A stretch of DNA of 64,000 bases, from NCBI GenBank assembly GCA_036785375.1, contig JAWMAR010000384.1:620001-684000 (forward strand). The letters are read 5' to 3'. Origin of the DNA: Leucoraja ocellata. Lineage: Eukaryota. Under the pieces are notes generated by a model. That model saw only the letters and a list, made by a program, of their open reading frames with translations, did not search any database and was not told the origin of the DNA. A program made the translations under genes and the position numbers. Below are positions 1 to 12,952 of the stretch, piece after piece. The number at the start of each line of letters is the position of its first letter. Position 1 is the first letter of the stretch.

Positions 1-125
1 CCACACATCTTTTGGATGCGAAACTAAACTGGAGTACCAAGGTCACAGGGAGATCAAACAAACTCCACACAGGTAGCAGCAGAGATTAAGACTGAACCTG
101 GGTTTCAGCCACTGAGGCAACAGGT
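1..125 (-). mobile_element. V-SINE fragment
   Basis: ggtcacagggagatcaaacaaactccacacag...gaacctgggt. Confidence 0.55.
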
Positions 126-519
126 CTAGGTAGAACCTATTTCTTTAAATAACAGTACGTCTGGGGAAGAATTCACTGTCGTGTTCCAATGTCATAATTT
201 AAAGAAAAAGCAAACTGTAACAAGTGTTTTAGGAAACTGGGATGTTTTAATGTGTGTCTTGAAGAAAGATCTTGATCCAAAATATCACCTGTCCATTTCA
301 CTCCATAGATGCTGCCTGACCCACTGAGCTCCTTCATCTGTCTGTTTTTTTGCTCAATATTCTAGTATCTGCAGTCTCTCATTTTCAAAAGTGATTTAGG
401 GGTTGATGTAGTCATTATGAACACTGCAAGCTTTCACAAACAGTAATATGAAAATTACCAGTTAATCTGTCAGTTTGGGAGTAAACCAATAATGTCTAAA
501 GAACTCCATCCAAATGGAC

Positions 520-1130
520 TAACTGCTCAAATTGTATGAACATGGTATTTAGAGGGAAATCATGTTTGACTATTGGTTGGTGTTCTTTTGAAGAAATAGC
601 ACGATAAAGGAGTATATTAACAAGAGCAAATTTGGAGTACTGTGCACCCTATTTGTCTCCTTTTTTATGGAAGAATGTAAATGAGCTGAAAGTAATCCAG
701 AGATTTAATTGACCAACAACCAAACTGGACAGGTTGTCAAATGATGAAAGATTGGAAGGCCAGACATCTGCAGGCGTTTAGATTAGTGAAAGAAAATCCA
801 ATTGAAATACAAGATCCTGAGTGTTCTTGCAAGGTTGAACGCGGGAACAGTTTTCTCTTCCATGGGAATCCAGAATTTGGGCTCACTATTTAAAATTAAA
901 GGGCTCACCAATTGAGACAGATGAGGTGAAATTTCTCTCAGAGGGTCAAGAGTGTTTGGAGCTCTCTTTTGCCAAAAGGACACTGTAAGCACGATCTTTG
1001 AATATTTAAGAATGAGGTAGGTACATGGTTGATAAACAAGAGAAGGAAAGGTTACTAAGGAATTGAGCTTACAATTAGATAAGCCACATTAAATGCTGGT
1101 TTAGTTCAAGTAACCTACTTCTTATCCTAA
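520..1130 (+). mobile_element. Degraded CR1 LINE 3' fragment
   Basis: Remnants such as ttggagtactgtg, aatttctctcagagggt and gctcac...aaaattaaaggg, homologous to the younger CR1 copies. Confidence 0.6.
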
Positions 1131-1575
1131 TTTGTATTTTGATGCTCAGTCATTAGATGTCCCGATTTGGGTATACCTGATATACAAACTCTCCTTGTTG
1201 CTACAAACTTGCTAAATGTATAATCAACATCTTGTCTTTTCTGATGAACACATGCTTATCCTTGGATTCACTCTGATCTCATCGCCTGTATTCACTAGTT
1301 TTAACCACCTCTCTTATCTCACCTTAGTTTTCTTTTCGCTCAACTTTACCCTGAACCATTAACACTCTCTCACAGGTTGGACCAATCGCCCTTTTCCCAT
1401 TTGAAAGATAAATAAGGAAAAAAATGCAACATTATTTCAATATTGTCTAAAGAGAATTCAGAATGGAAAATAAATTCTTACCCACAGTTTGGAATGAAAA
1501 TCCCACAGTGGAAAGAAAACAATGGGGGAAAGCATACATTTCCTATTGACAACTAATGTTTCAGAACACACAGAC

Positions 1576-1731
1576 CTGGATTCATCAAGGAACTTTGTGG
1601 GAGTGATAAAATCTTCGATTGGGATCAGCTCTGGAGGAACACGTTCCAACTTCTTCAATCTTTTTTTCAAACGGTCTCTCACTGCCTGCTCCCTTTTGGG
1701 ATCCACTTTTTTCTTTTTCTTAGGCTCAGCT
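1576..1731 (-). CDS. MRPL40: MRPL40 coding exon 3
   Basis: attttgcag acceptor; [12 protein letters not shown]...[19 protein letters not shown]; donor AG|gtctgt. Confidence 0.95.
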
Positions 1732-2707
1732 CTGCAAAATAAATTTATCCCCACTTGTTAAATGTATGGATTAATTCTGTCTGCATATTCATTCCCCAGA
1801 CTCCTCTACCAAGCAATATGATGGCGAGTAGACCAACTCCCAGCTTCTGCTGCTGCCACAAACCTGGCAATTGAGAAGTCCAATGATGACGAGCAGTCTT
1901 CCTTAGGCTTATTCCCTGACCCAAAAGAAACAATCATCAAACCTTGAGAAAATCATGGAGAGTAATTTTGTTCCAAAACACCAGAAAACACATTTGATAC
2001 AAGAATTCTGGTCAAAAGGACCAAGGGATCAAAACATTCTGATGCACATCCAGTTAGGTCAGCCTTTTTATTTAAATGTTTCCTATGTACTCTAAATTTC
2101 CATCCACATTTTCTCCCTGCCTGACCGTTCAATGGACTGTATATATAGTTGCTATAAAATGAAACATTAATAAAATGCAATTTATTTTGCCTTGATCCCC
2201 CTCTTAGTTATAATCCAATTGAAATTGGCCTGACGGAGACCGATAAATTGACATTCCAACAAAGGGTCTTCAGCCAGAAATGCGAGTGTTTTATTCCCCC
2301 AGAAACATTCTGACTTGCCGGGTGTTATCGGACATTTTTTTTATTTTAGATCTCCAACATTTGCAGTTTAAATAAAAGTTAACATTTTCCTCCCACTCAT
2401 TCACAAATTCTCACCAGCTTGTTGCACATTTCCCTATGTTGCAGATTTTCAGCATTGCCAGTGGTACCTTTTCTCTATAATGATGTATTTACATTTTAAT
2501 TTACATATTTCAATTATTTGAATGGCACTCGCAAGCAATTAAGTGAAACCTGGGATAAATGCAGCACAGCTACGTTTTTTATGCTGTTGCAACCATAAAA
2601 ATCACACCCAATAGAGATGCTGATCCTCATAATGTACTCTATGTTTTCCCATAGAGATCTAGGCAGCTGAAATGGAAAAAAACTAAAGTTTGTATCATAT
2701 ACTGTAC

Positions 2708-2791
2708 CTCATGGGCAACGATTCTCTGAGTGACAACATGGACGTATGCCAGTGGCTGGTTCGAACTGAAGCATTCCACACTGTACGTGAT
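2708..2791 (-). CDS. MRPL40: MRPL40 coding exon 2
   Basis: ttttttctctcacag acceptor; 84 nt encoding SRTVWNASVRTSHWHTSMLSLRESLPMR; donor AG|gtacag. Confidence 0.9.
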
Positions 2792-3653
2792 CTGTGAGAG
2801 AAAAAACAAAATCAGTTCTAGCTTTTAGTTACAAGACTCAGATTCATCTTGTGCTTTTATAATCAAAACATTGGCTGGGCCTGGAAAGGATGTTGCTTTT
2901 AGCACTTCCCAAACCCCAAACCTAGAATTACACCAGTGTAGCATTAAGGGAGGTGCTGCACGATTAGGGGTCATATCTTCAAAACAGATTCAATTCAGAA
3001 ATCCATCTCTCGAATGGATAAGGACATATAATGCTGTAAACAAAAGTATAAATAGGCCATTCAGTCCCTCATACCTGCCCCACCACTCATGAAAATCTAT
3101 GCTCACCTTTTACCTCAGTGGCGCTTTTCTGAACATCTAAAAACAAACCACCTCTTTCTTGAATATATTCAATAATTAAGCCTCCACTGTCATTGGGCAG
3201 AGACTGGAATATCCTGCAAATCATCACGATACAGGCTGAAGAAAGGTCCCTACCCGAAACGCTTAGCTACTCCAGCACGTTGTGTCCTTTCCAGCACCAG
3301 AATTATGTTTTATCAATTCATGTAATATTTGTTCATGTTTAATATTGTAATAAACAATACCTAATTCAGGCAATATGTTTTGGGAACCCCGAGGATCTGT
3401 AAGGCATTTTATATAAATGCGTGGACCTTACCTGCCGGCAACCGTTTTCCCGAAGCGCTTTGTGCTGGTTCCCCAGTTAATAGATATATAACCTGTCCAT
3501 GGGATTAATGTCGCCTCAAATCCGCTCCGTTTGAGGCAGTCTCACGGCCGGGTCCCGCCTCAGGCCAGTCACTATCAGCCGAGCCGACCCTAAACCCCCC
3601 GATCCCGGTCCAGACGCCGCCAGCTACGGCCTCTCCACGAGGTCAGTACTCAC

Positions 3654-3688
3654 ATCAGGCCGTGGAGCGGCTGGACCATCCATGCCAT
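3654..3688 (-). CDS. MRPL40: MRPL40 coding exon 1
   Basis: ATG GCA TGG ATG GTC CAG...CTG AT|gtgagt, in a CpG-rich region; phase 2 fits exon 2. Confidence 0.75.
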
Positions 3689-4861
3689 GTTATTCAGGAA
3701 CGCAGTCACCTTGAGATCGTTGCCACTCCTTTCTCCACCCAGCCCACTCAACCCGAGCAGTTTAAAGCGGCGCACAACTACCAGCGGCTTCTCCCCACAT
3801 AATGATGTCCCACTCGGGAACACAGTTCAGTACTAAATGTTCCCACCCCGACAAAGTTCAGAACCACAACAGTGGTATGTTTGCAATTGAACATTTGTTC
3901 ATTAAAAAAAAATCAAGCACATTAAAATCATAATTGAACCTGTAAACGAAGCTACCGGCAACCTTGTATCGAAATTTAGAGCACCTAAGTTTTGATGAAA
4001 ATGCTTTGGAAATTAGACTTTAGAATTGGCCATGACATTAAAAAATAATTTGCTTAACTGCTTGAAGGACAGCAACGAAGAATTATGTTGGAGCTTTCAT
4101 AAAGAAAGAACGAATATTTAGAGTGCTGGGACAAAGTGAAGTAACAGAAATTGTACAATAGTACCCTATCATCTGAACAAGATAACTCCCTATTTTAATG
4201 TTAGCCAGATTCTTGCATTGACACTAATATATTTTTTATCACCGTGCAACAGTTACTTGCTTTCTATATCTATTTTCTTTATACCACAAAGTAATTCGTT
4301 GTAGTGAATAATTTACCTTGTTCATTGTAGTAGATACATAGGTCATGTTGCCTGTTCCCATTACTGAGTTAAAGGCAAATCTTTTTTAAAAAGAGTATAA
4401 ATGTAGAATCCATTATAAGCAGCAGTTGGTCAAACACTTATCCGTCGTGACTAAAACAGGGCACTGGCAATATTGTTGTTGTCAAAGATCCTTGGTTGAT
4501 ATTGTTGGATGCTGCTCACCAAGTTACAACCAGATAATAGGCTAGAGATTTCGGGTTGCCGAAGCTTTTGATGGTCATAGACCTTTCAGTTGTTCTAAAT
4601 TTAAATCAGTTACGTCAGCTACGGTTGAGTTTGAAAATTATGCACTAAATCTAACTTTTTGGGGTTTTATTTTGTGCTCGGAACGCTTGTTTTGACCTTG
4701 ATTCTTTTCCCGAGCCGTTGTGCCGGGGGCACCGGAGTTTCTGGGGAGCGTTGAGTGTGTTGCTCCCTTCCGGCGGAGCGGAGCGAGAGACCGGGTCGCC
4801 TTGGGACAGTGACACCGAGACCGAGAGGGTGGTGCTTGTGTCCCAGGTACCGCGGCCCAGC
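3689..4861. promoter_or_regulatory. Divergent (bidirectional) promoter and 5' UTR region of MRPL40/HIRA
   Basis: The two start codons face away from each other ~1.17 kb apart. CpG-rich patches at ~3400-3860 and ~4670-5100; CRE-like TTACGTCA near 4610. Confidence 0.75.
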
Positions 4862-4898
4862 ATGAAGCTGCTCAAACCTGCTTGGGTCCATCACAATG
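4862..4898 (+). CDS. HIRA: HIRA exon 1 (coding part)
   Basis: ATG...MKLLKPAWVHHN G|gtgagc. Confidence 0.95.
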
Positions 4899-5455
4899 GT
4901 GAGCGGCTGCAAGGATGGGGTGGGTGAGGAGAGGGAGCGTGCAGTGACTGGAAGGCGTGTGTGAGCTCGGACTGAGGATGGTCAGTGGAGGGAGGGAGGG
5001 AGGGAGTCAGAGGAGCTGCAGGACTTTCCGAGTGAGTCCACCTGTCATGGGGTGAACGGCACCGCGCCTGAGACTGGAGCCTGGGGATGAAATAGTGATG
5101 TGGGGAAGCGACGATGGAAGCTTGGATGTGGACGTTGGGGTCCAAGTTGTCCCAAGAGCCAAGCGGGTTACGAGGAATAGCAATGGGCTGTGGAAGGGTC
5201 TGGAAATCTGACCAGGTTTTCAGCGGCATTAAGATTCAGGGCTGGGGAATGCACGGCTCGTGTAATGATGGACCTGAAGGAATAGTACATGGTGATCCAC
5301 AGGTATTGTCCATGGAGAAGTAAACTGTGGGAAGGGTTTCAAATGAAAGGAAGTGCATTGCTCAACAGTCGTGTGCGCAGGGATCAACCGAAGGAAAGCA
5401 ATTATGACATGTGATTAGAATAAATCCAACAGTTGATGAGTGAATACGAGTGAAT

Positions 5456-5549
5456 GTCTGAAGAAGGGTTTCGGCCCGAAACGTTGCCTATTTCCTTCGT
5501 TCCATAGATGCTGCTGCACCCGCTGAGTTTCTCCAGCTTTTTTGTGTGC
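5456..5549 (+). mobile_element. Penelope-derived short repeat with hammerhead core
   Basis: CTGAAGA-A-GGGTTTCGGCCC-GAAACGTT; flanking direct repeat CAGTTGATGAGTGAAT. Confidence 0.8.
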
Positions 5550-7588
5550 CAGTTGATGAGTGAATGCGGGAAGTTTTTCTGTTGGCACGACGAGTTTATA
5601 ATTTGTGTGAGAGAAGATTTCAAATGCCTATCAAGAGTCACAATGGCCAATCGGCTGTATAACTGCAAAGAAAAGCCTACACGTTTATGTTTAGCGAGGC
5701 ACTTGATCTGCTGTAGTATCAATGGCAGATTTTCGTTGAGAATGATTAGAAAGTGAAGATTTTGCTTTAAATTTTCCTCCTCACTCACTTCAACACTCTT
5801 GACCATGTATTTGCTCATTTTTATAATGTTCTGTTTGGGGTATATAGCACCTTGGAGAGATTTTCCAAGTTAAGAAAACAATTCAATATGTTTTCTATTA
5901 TAAATATTCATTAAATTGTGTATTTTTTATATTCATCCAATAAGGGAGTCACTCGCTATGTTGGATTTATTGGTCATGACCATTTACCCTTGCGATGGTG
6001 ATGATGAGCCATCATTTAGGAATTTCTGTGGTGTTTGGTGAAGATACTTACAAAGATTTGTTAGGGAGTTGCAAGGTTTTCATTGGCATAATGAAGGTGT
6101 GATATATTTTCTTGTTAGACTGTGTGACTTGGGGAAATTCCATGCACCTGCTGACTTCTTGATGGGAGAGGTCACAAATTTGAGAAGTAATGTCAAAGAG
6201 ATCTTCGTGTCTGTGATAAATCTTGTGAATGGTACACACTATGCTTTTGGTGAATGAATCTTCTTCAATGAATCTTTCAGACAGATTTGTGCATTGTCCG
6301 GGATGGTGTGGAACTTTGTTATATGAACGTCAATCATCTAGGCAAAAGGAGAATATATCGCTCGATTCCTGAGTTGTGCTTTGTGAATGGTGGAAAGGGT
6401 TTGTCAAGTTAGGGGGCGAGTCACCGTGTGCAGAATTCACAGCTTCTAATCTGTTCACGATGTTTCTTTGGCTAGTCTAGTTAAAATATTGTGAGGGTTG
6501 AGGCTGCTTGTATAGTGGTAAATAATACTAATGGTATCGTTGTCAACAATGGTAGTCAAGAAGACATGTTACACACCCTATTATTGAAGATCGTTGTCTG
6601 ATGCTTGTGTAGTGCAGATGTTACTTGCCAAGTTTTAGCAACAAGCTTGTAAATTAAGATTGGTGATTTAACGAAAACCAATGATTGGTGTGTGAATTTG
6701 TGAAGCTCTTCTTATTGGTATAACAAATTTATTCAGTCTGTTGTATACATCATTAGAAGGTAAATTATTCAAACAGCCAATTAGGCGAGTGTGAATTTGT
6801 GTTATCTTGTGTTATATATGTCTTGCTGCATATGGCTACAAACCACCTTGTAATCTAAAGAGTTATGAATGAAACTGAATAAATGCACATTCATATGAGA
6901 GACCTTGCATGACAGAGGGAAGGTCTTGAAGCCATAGGAGATACTTGGATCTAGGGCAATTTCCTTTGGTACATTTAGTTCAATACCTTGAGGCTGAGAT
7001 CGATCACCAAATAACCTATTTTCTTTTGTGTTCAACATGATTCTTGCCAGTGGAGAATTTTCTCAGATTCTTATTCAATTTTGTTGTGTATTTTTTTTTT
7101 AAAGAATAGTCATCTTTGTCTTCGGATTGCAACTGTTCTGTCTATATTTTGGGCAAGGCTGAGGTAAGACCTGACAAAAACATATTGTGAGTACTGAGTA
7201 GGGAATTATTGACCAGATGGGCCACCTTCCACCTTTTGATGAGGGGATGACAATTGTTAGGATTTGATTGTCTTGCATTCCAAGGGCAGAATCTCAGCAT
7301 CGTGCTTTTTTTCTGAATACTGGACAGTTCCTTTTTAGGATTAACAGGAGTAGATTGGAAGCGGAGAGAGAAAAGGCAGTGTTAGGCAAACAATGGCAGG
7401 AGTGAATTGGCACAGAAAGGTTTAGAAGTGGCAGAAGTAGCTATGCTAACAGGAATGCCAATGGAGTGAATTAATGCAGACTATTCACAGCTGAACTAAC
7501 AGAAGAGAAATTAGTGGTTCTCTGTTGTTTGTAAATGTCGGGCATTCTTTAAATCAATACTTGCATCAAACAGTTAATGTAACTCCCA

Positions 7589-7682
7589 GGTACACAAAAA
7601 ATGCTGGGGAAACTCAGCGGGTGCAGCAGCATCTATGGAGCGAAGGAAATAGGCAACGTTTCGGGCCGAAACCCTTCTTCAG
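7589..7682 (-). mobile_element. Penelope-derived short repeat with hammerhead core
   Basis: Near-identical reverse complement of the 5456 copy; TSD ACTCCCA. Confidence 0.8.
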
Positions 7683-10119
7683 ACTCCCAACTGTGCAAGA
7701 AGATAAGAGAAATTTAACATTTTGCGCTTGGTGATCAGTCACATCCTGTGACAGTGTAACCAAAACAGACTTGCACATGATAGCTTCGAGAAGATTGCAA
7801 ACAATAACCAAATCTGAGGGCGTGATGGCTGAAGAAGTAAGTGTGAATCTAGTGATCCATGAAGCATTTGAAATTGTTGATGGGATTGGTGCTTTATAAT
7901 CCATTTAAACCATATTATTTATGTCGTTGAGTTTGTTGCTTAATGTTAATTATAGCTTAGCCTCAGAAAAGGATTGAAAAAGTAAGTTCCACTTGGAACA
8001 TGTTGTTTTCTGCAGTAGTTATTTCGCTAGACTATCATTGCTGTGTTGTATTAACAACTTCCTTTTAACATGACATGCTGTAAGATTCTTCATATGTGCA
8101 AGGGGGGAAAAAAAGTATGGACGTCTAGGCAAGAGAGTCAGTTTTAGTTTATTGTTGCGGGTACCGAGGTACAGTGAAAAGCTTTTGTTGCGTGCTAAGA
8201 GAGTCATGAGAAAAGATGTCCAGACAGGAAGGTTGCAGTGTTTTGAGGAGAATGCTGAAGGCATGGCATCTATAGTTGGGGTAAAGGAAGGTACAATGTT
8301 CAAGAAGGGAAAACTCAATACTGGTTAATTGTCACATGGGGTAGGATAAGGTTACAAAATTAAAGGAGGGTCTGGAATTCAAGTCCAGTTTGTTCTTAAA
8401 ATGTAAGGCTGCATTAATTAATATTCATGGTTGCAAACTCTTGTTATTTGACATCTTTGAAATTTTGCACCGTTTTAGCTTCAACCTGAACATGGTCAAA
8501 AACGTGCTGTGGCTGAGATTTGCAATCCCAGAACAAAATATTGGTTAGAATTCTACCATTAGTAACACTAGTGGGACCAATTTGCAAGAATGCAATTAAC
8601 TGCCAACTGAGCCAAACTGATATCTTGTGTTGTTGATCCTTAATCGAGAGCAAAGTATGTGGGTTCAAGTCACACTTGGAGTGGGTTATGAGAGCCCAAC
8701 TTAATTTGTCTTCATGTCATAATGTGTTGGACAGTACTGTGGGGAGACAGTTGGGGATAAAGAAAATCAGCTAAAACCCCAATTCCAGTTTTCAGTAATT
8801 TGTACTGAAAATGTTATTGGGTTACGATCAAAATGAGCTGGGATTTCTTATCTCAGTAACCTTGGTGGAATATCTTTCCAGGTGTGGTGACTCTTTGCAT
8901 GCTTTTTCAGAGATGGATCTACTATCAACTGATACAAGTGTATACCTATTGTACTTGAGTTTGACCTGATTATATTTATGCATAGTACTATTTGATATGA
9001 TAGCACAATAACGCAACAAAAGCGTTTCACAATAGCTCAGTGGACGTGACAATAATAAACCTAGACCAAGTTCACTGTTGAGGCTTGCATTGTGAGGATT
9101 TTTTTACTTGGATGAGGTAATGAAAAAGGACAGCCATACTTGGCACTGTGAGAACTTACACTTTCAGGTGAGCTGTGGGTAAAAGTAGATTTTTTTGAAT
9201 ATTTCCAACCTATATATATGGTTACAGTTTGCTAATTCCCTCTCTGTAGCATCTATAATTAGTTTTGCATTTGTATGAATGAGCTGGAGCATAATAAAGC
9301 AACAAAAGCTTTTCGCGATACCTCGGTACACGTGACTAAACGAAACAGAATCTTTCTTATTTATACTTTGGTGTTTCAACAACCTTGGGCTTAAAACTTG
9401 ACACCAGTATGTATTTGTCTATGAAACTTGAAATAATGTTTTACCCCTTGCTGCAGGTTTAAGGATATTTTAGGTTCCTGTCAGGTTGTTCCTTAATTGT
9501 TGCTGATTGGCATCTGAATGATTGATTTTATTGTAGATTTTCAGGCAATGTCACTGTATTTTAGGTGCATTCGTTTGCATGGACAAACATTGTGTTATTG
9601 GTTAATCATCCTTGCTTGGCAAGTGTGATGGTTTGGTAAGTTGTCTGATTTGTAAGCTCTTAAAGTAGTCCAGTATTAGTATTTCTCTGTATGGAATATT
9701 GTTAGATGTTCATCGGCAACAACGTTTATTGTCCGAATGTTAACAGCTACACTCATTTTAACGAATGACCTATTTATAATCACGGTTGTAAATGGATCAG
9801 TGAATTTTGTATGGACTGTTATGAGTGTTTTATAAAGTTTGATTTAGTATTTTCCATCATGGTTGGGAACTTCAACTGGCTTCACAAGGATTTCATAGTT
9901 TGTATTTGTTACCTTCCTAAATTAATGGCATGTTTTTTTCCCCATTTGATCAGTTGATGTCTTTTTGTACTGGCTACTTTGCTTTAAGTTGTCAGTAAGA
10001 AGGGAAAATATTCTGATTTTAAACGCTCATAAATAATATTTTCATTTGAAAGTATTAATCTGGATTATTACAGAAGGAGCTATGAGTAACGTTTCTTAGT
10101 TCTAACTGACCTATTCCTC

Positions 10120-10990
10120 TTGGTTTTATTAATGTCATGTGTACTGAGACACAGTGAAAAGCTTTATTTGCAAACTAATCGGTCAAAACAAGTCAAGTCA
10201 AGAGTTTATTGTCATGTGTCCCAGATAGGACAATGAAATGATACACGAGTAAAATAAAGCCACATACAAGTACCACAGGTAGTGCAAAGGGAAAAATACC
10301 AGAGTGCAGAATTACAACAGTAATATTAAATAGTCGCAGAGAAAAATTCCAAGGTTCGCAATGAAGTGGGTTGGTAGATCAGGATGACATCCTAGTTTAT
10401 GTGAGGATTATTCAGAGCTCTGATAACAGCGGGGAAGAAGCTATTCCTGAATCTGGTGGTCTGTGCTTTCATGTTTTTGTATCTCTACTTGTTAGAGGAA
10501 ATTACTAAGGGTGAAAAAGGTCTTTGATTATGTTTGTCTGCTTTCCTAGGACAGCATGAAATGTTGATTTAGTCCAGGGTGCAGGGGACATTGATGGGCG
10601 AAAATGTGGATTGGGGTGGGTCAGTGTGATGTACTGGGCTACATCCACAATTCTCTGCAATTTCTTGCAGTCTTGGTCAGAGCTGTAGCCAAACCAAGCT
10701 GTGATGTAACCCAGCAGTAGGCATTCTTCAATACATGTATAGAAGATGGTAAGATTCGTTGGATACATGCCAAACTTCCTTAGTCTTTTGAGGAAGTAAA
10801 GGTGTTGTGCGCTCTTTTACCCTAGCTTCAAGTTGGTTGGTTCAGAATTCAAATTGTTGGTGATATTTATGCCTGTTGGCAAACTGTAGGCATGGATCAA
10901 TGTTATCTGGGAGGCTAGAGTAAAAGTGCATCATAACTAGCCTCTTGAAGCACTTCATGATGATTGTCAGAAATTGCCTTGAAGTTGTCT
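10120..10990 (-). mobile_element. Degraded Rex1/Babar-like LINE with an embedded short Rex1-type 3' end
   Basis: Residual peptides IIMKCFKRLV...IDPCLQFA and GYITAWFG...KKLQRIV; (CAAGT)n/TTTATTGTCA tail at ~10189-10240. Confidence 0.7.
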
Positions 10991-12292
10991 GGGATATTTT
11001 GTTTGTTGGAGCACTGTACAAATACCAATCTTTGTTTTCATTAGTTAAATAACCATAACATTTTGGATGAGGCCTGCAAGGAAGTGATATGGGGTCTGTA
11101 TACAGTGTCTTGCTGGAATTTTGAGTACTGTTCTGGACACGTAATTCCAGAAAAGTTGTGATGCACCGGTAATGACGCAGAGGAGATTTGTAAAGGTCTT
11201 GCCATGACTTGAAAAATTTGGCTCTGAGAAGAAATTGCATATGATGAGGTTGTTTTAAACATGTTGAGTGCTGACTTAAAGAAGGTGCTATCTCAATAGT
11301 AGGGATATCAAGAAGCAAGGGGTATAGATTTAAATTGAGATTCCAGGAGATATGAGGAAAACCTTTCCCCCAAAGGGAGATGGAACTTGGAGATTGCTGC
11401 CTGAAAGGGTGATAAAGGCACAACCCTTCACTGCATTGAGAATTAATAGGATGTATTTGAAGCGCCATTGCCTGCACAGCGACAAACCTGGTGCTGGAAA
11501 GTGGGAGTATTTGGGTAGCTTCTTTTCAATGAGCAACTACACAGTGTGCCAAATATTCTTCTTTGTTATAAAATTGCAGTCTTCTTCTTGGTGAGGGAAG
11601 ACTGAATATTGTGTTGCACTACTTTTGAAGTGACAAATATTTTATAATGGCATGTCTGTATGGGAGTGGTGTGCTCAACAGAATTCCATAAGTATTTCAT
11701 TATGATTTGTTTTGAAAGATTAGAATCCAAATCTTTAATTTATGAGGGTGGAAGCTTTCTAACAAGCAATTGCTTAGGATTCACTCAAGGTATGGTGGCA
11801 CAGCTGAATGATACTATGTCTTGGCTGATACATTGAGCCCCTTGGGTAGATGTAAATAATCTAATGATAGTACTTGAAGAGTAGGGGAGATCACACTTTT
11901 ACCAATCAACAGTTTTATTAAAACAAGAAATAGAGTCGTGGAATCATTATCAGGGGAGTTGCAGACAGCAAGGAAGAGTGTCAGAAGAAACAGCAGGATA
12001 GAGATCAGCTGCAGAGATGGGCAGAGAAATAAATGGCAGATGGAATTTAACCCAAGCAAGGGTGAGGTGTTTTAATCTGAAAGAGTGCTGGATATGCTGA
12101 AATGACGTGCTTGTTATCAAGAATGAACCCAGTCAAATTAATTACATGCTTAGGAAGGGTGCTAGTAATCAGAAATTGAAAAATAGATAAAAATTGACAA
12201 GTAATTATTGTGAATGGATATCACAAGTGTTGAAAACGGCCAACACCAGTTAAGTATCAATAACAAATGATAATCTATTTGCAAGATCATAC

Positions 12293-12794
12293 TGTTCCGC
12301 GGCGTTCTGGCATTCCGGCGGCGGCGGCGACCTGAATTCGGGGCTCGGCCGCGGCCCAGTGGACGACATTGCCGGGAGCTCGCAGGTCACAGGTTGGTGA
12401 CCTGTTCTCCGCAGCACCCGGCACAACAGCTGCATCCGCTGGACTGGAGGGCGGCAGCTTCAGCAGCTTCTACCACCCGGGCCACGGAGCTTGAACCGGC
12501 CCGTTCGCGGAGCTCGGTTGAGCTGCGGGACTTACCATTATCCGGCGGGTCACAACAACGGAAGCCTGGATCGCCTCAGTGCAGAGGGAGTACAAGGAGG
12601 GAAGAGACCGAGACTTTAAGACTTTTGCCTCCATCACAGTGAGGAGGTGCCTGGTGAACTCACTGTGGTGGATGTTAATTTGTGTCTATTGTATGTTTCG
12701 TTATTTATTATTATATGTATGACTGCAGGCAACGAAATTTCGTTCAGGCCGAAAGGTCTGAATGACAATTTAAGGAATCCAATCCAATCCAATT
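12293..12794 (+). mobile_element. GC-rich non-autonomous retroelement with Rex1-type 3' end and (AATCC)n tail
   Basis: CpG-rich body without an RT ORF; internal 14-bp stem at 12630-12672; GAAATTTC-hairpin-TGACAAT then AATCC repeats. Confidence 0.7.
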
Positions 12795-12952
12795 CACACG
12801 GTGAAGCTGTCAAACAGGCTTCTGATGATGTAACTGGCATACACTGAACGAATGTTGCTTTTTATTTTGCTTTGAAACTCGTGGCTTTTCTACATAAGGC
12901 CATCGCGCCCTGATGTGTGACAGTCTGTTCAATGATTTCATTTGTCTTCCAG

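Larger units (their letters stand above)
1576..3688 (-). other. MRPL40: MRPL40 gene (mitochondrial ribosomal protein L40), coding exons 1-3; final exon outside the window
   Basis: Spliced translation [92 protein letters not shown] matches vertebrate MRPL40 (PMRxEPxxKKKKVDP...[11 protein letters not shown]). It lies head-to-head with HIRA, as in human. Confidence 0.95.

Noticed and set aside
1811-1915. Possible MRPL40 cassette exon (minus strand)
   Set aside because: It gives an immediate stop in the incoming frame, has a weak donor, and has no transcript evidence.
1883-1919. ATGATGA...CTGA as a C/D box snoRNA
   Set aside because: Only 37 nt, antisense to the host intron, and without a terminal stem.
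3432-3492. Strong minus-strand donor CAG|GTAAGG in MRPL40 intron 1 as an alternative exon
   Set aside because: The candidate acceptor lacks a pyrimidine tract and the 61-nt exon would frameshift; it cannot be supported without RNA data.
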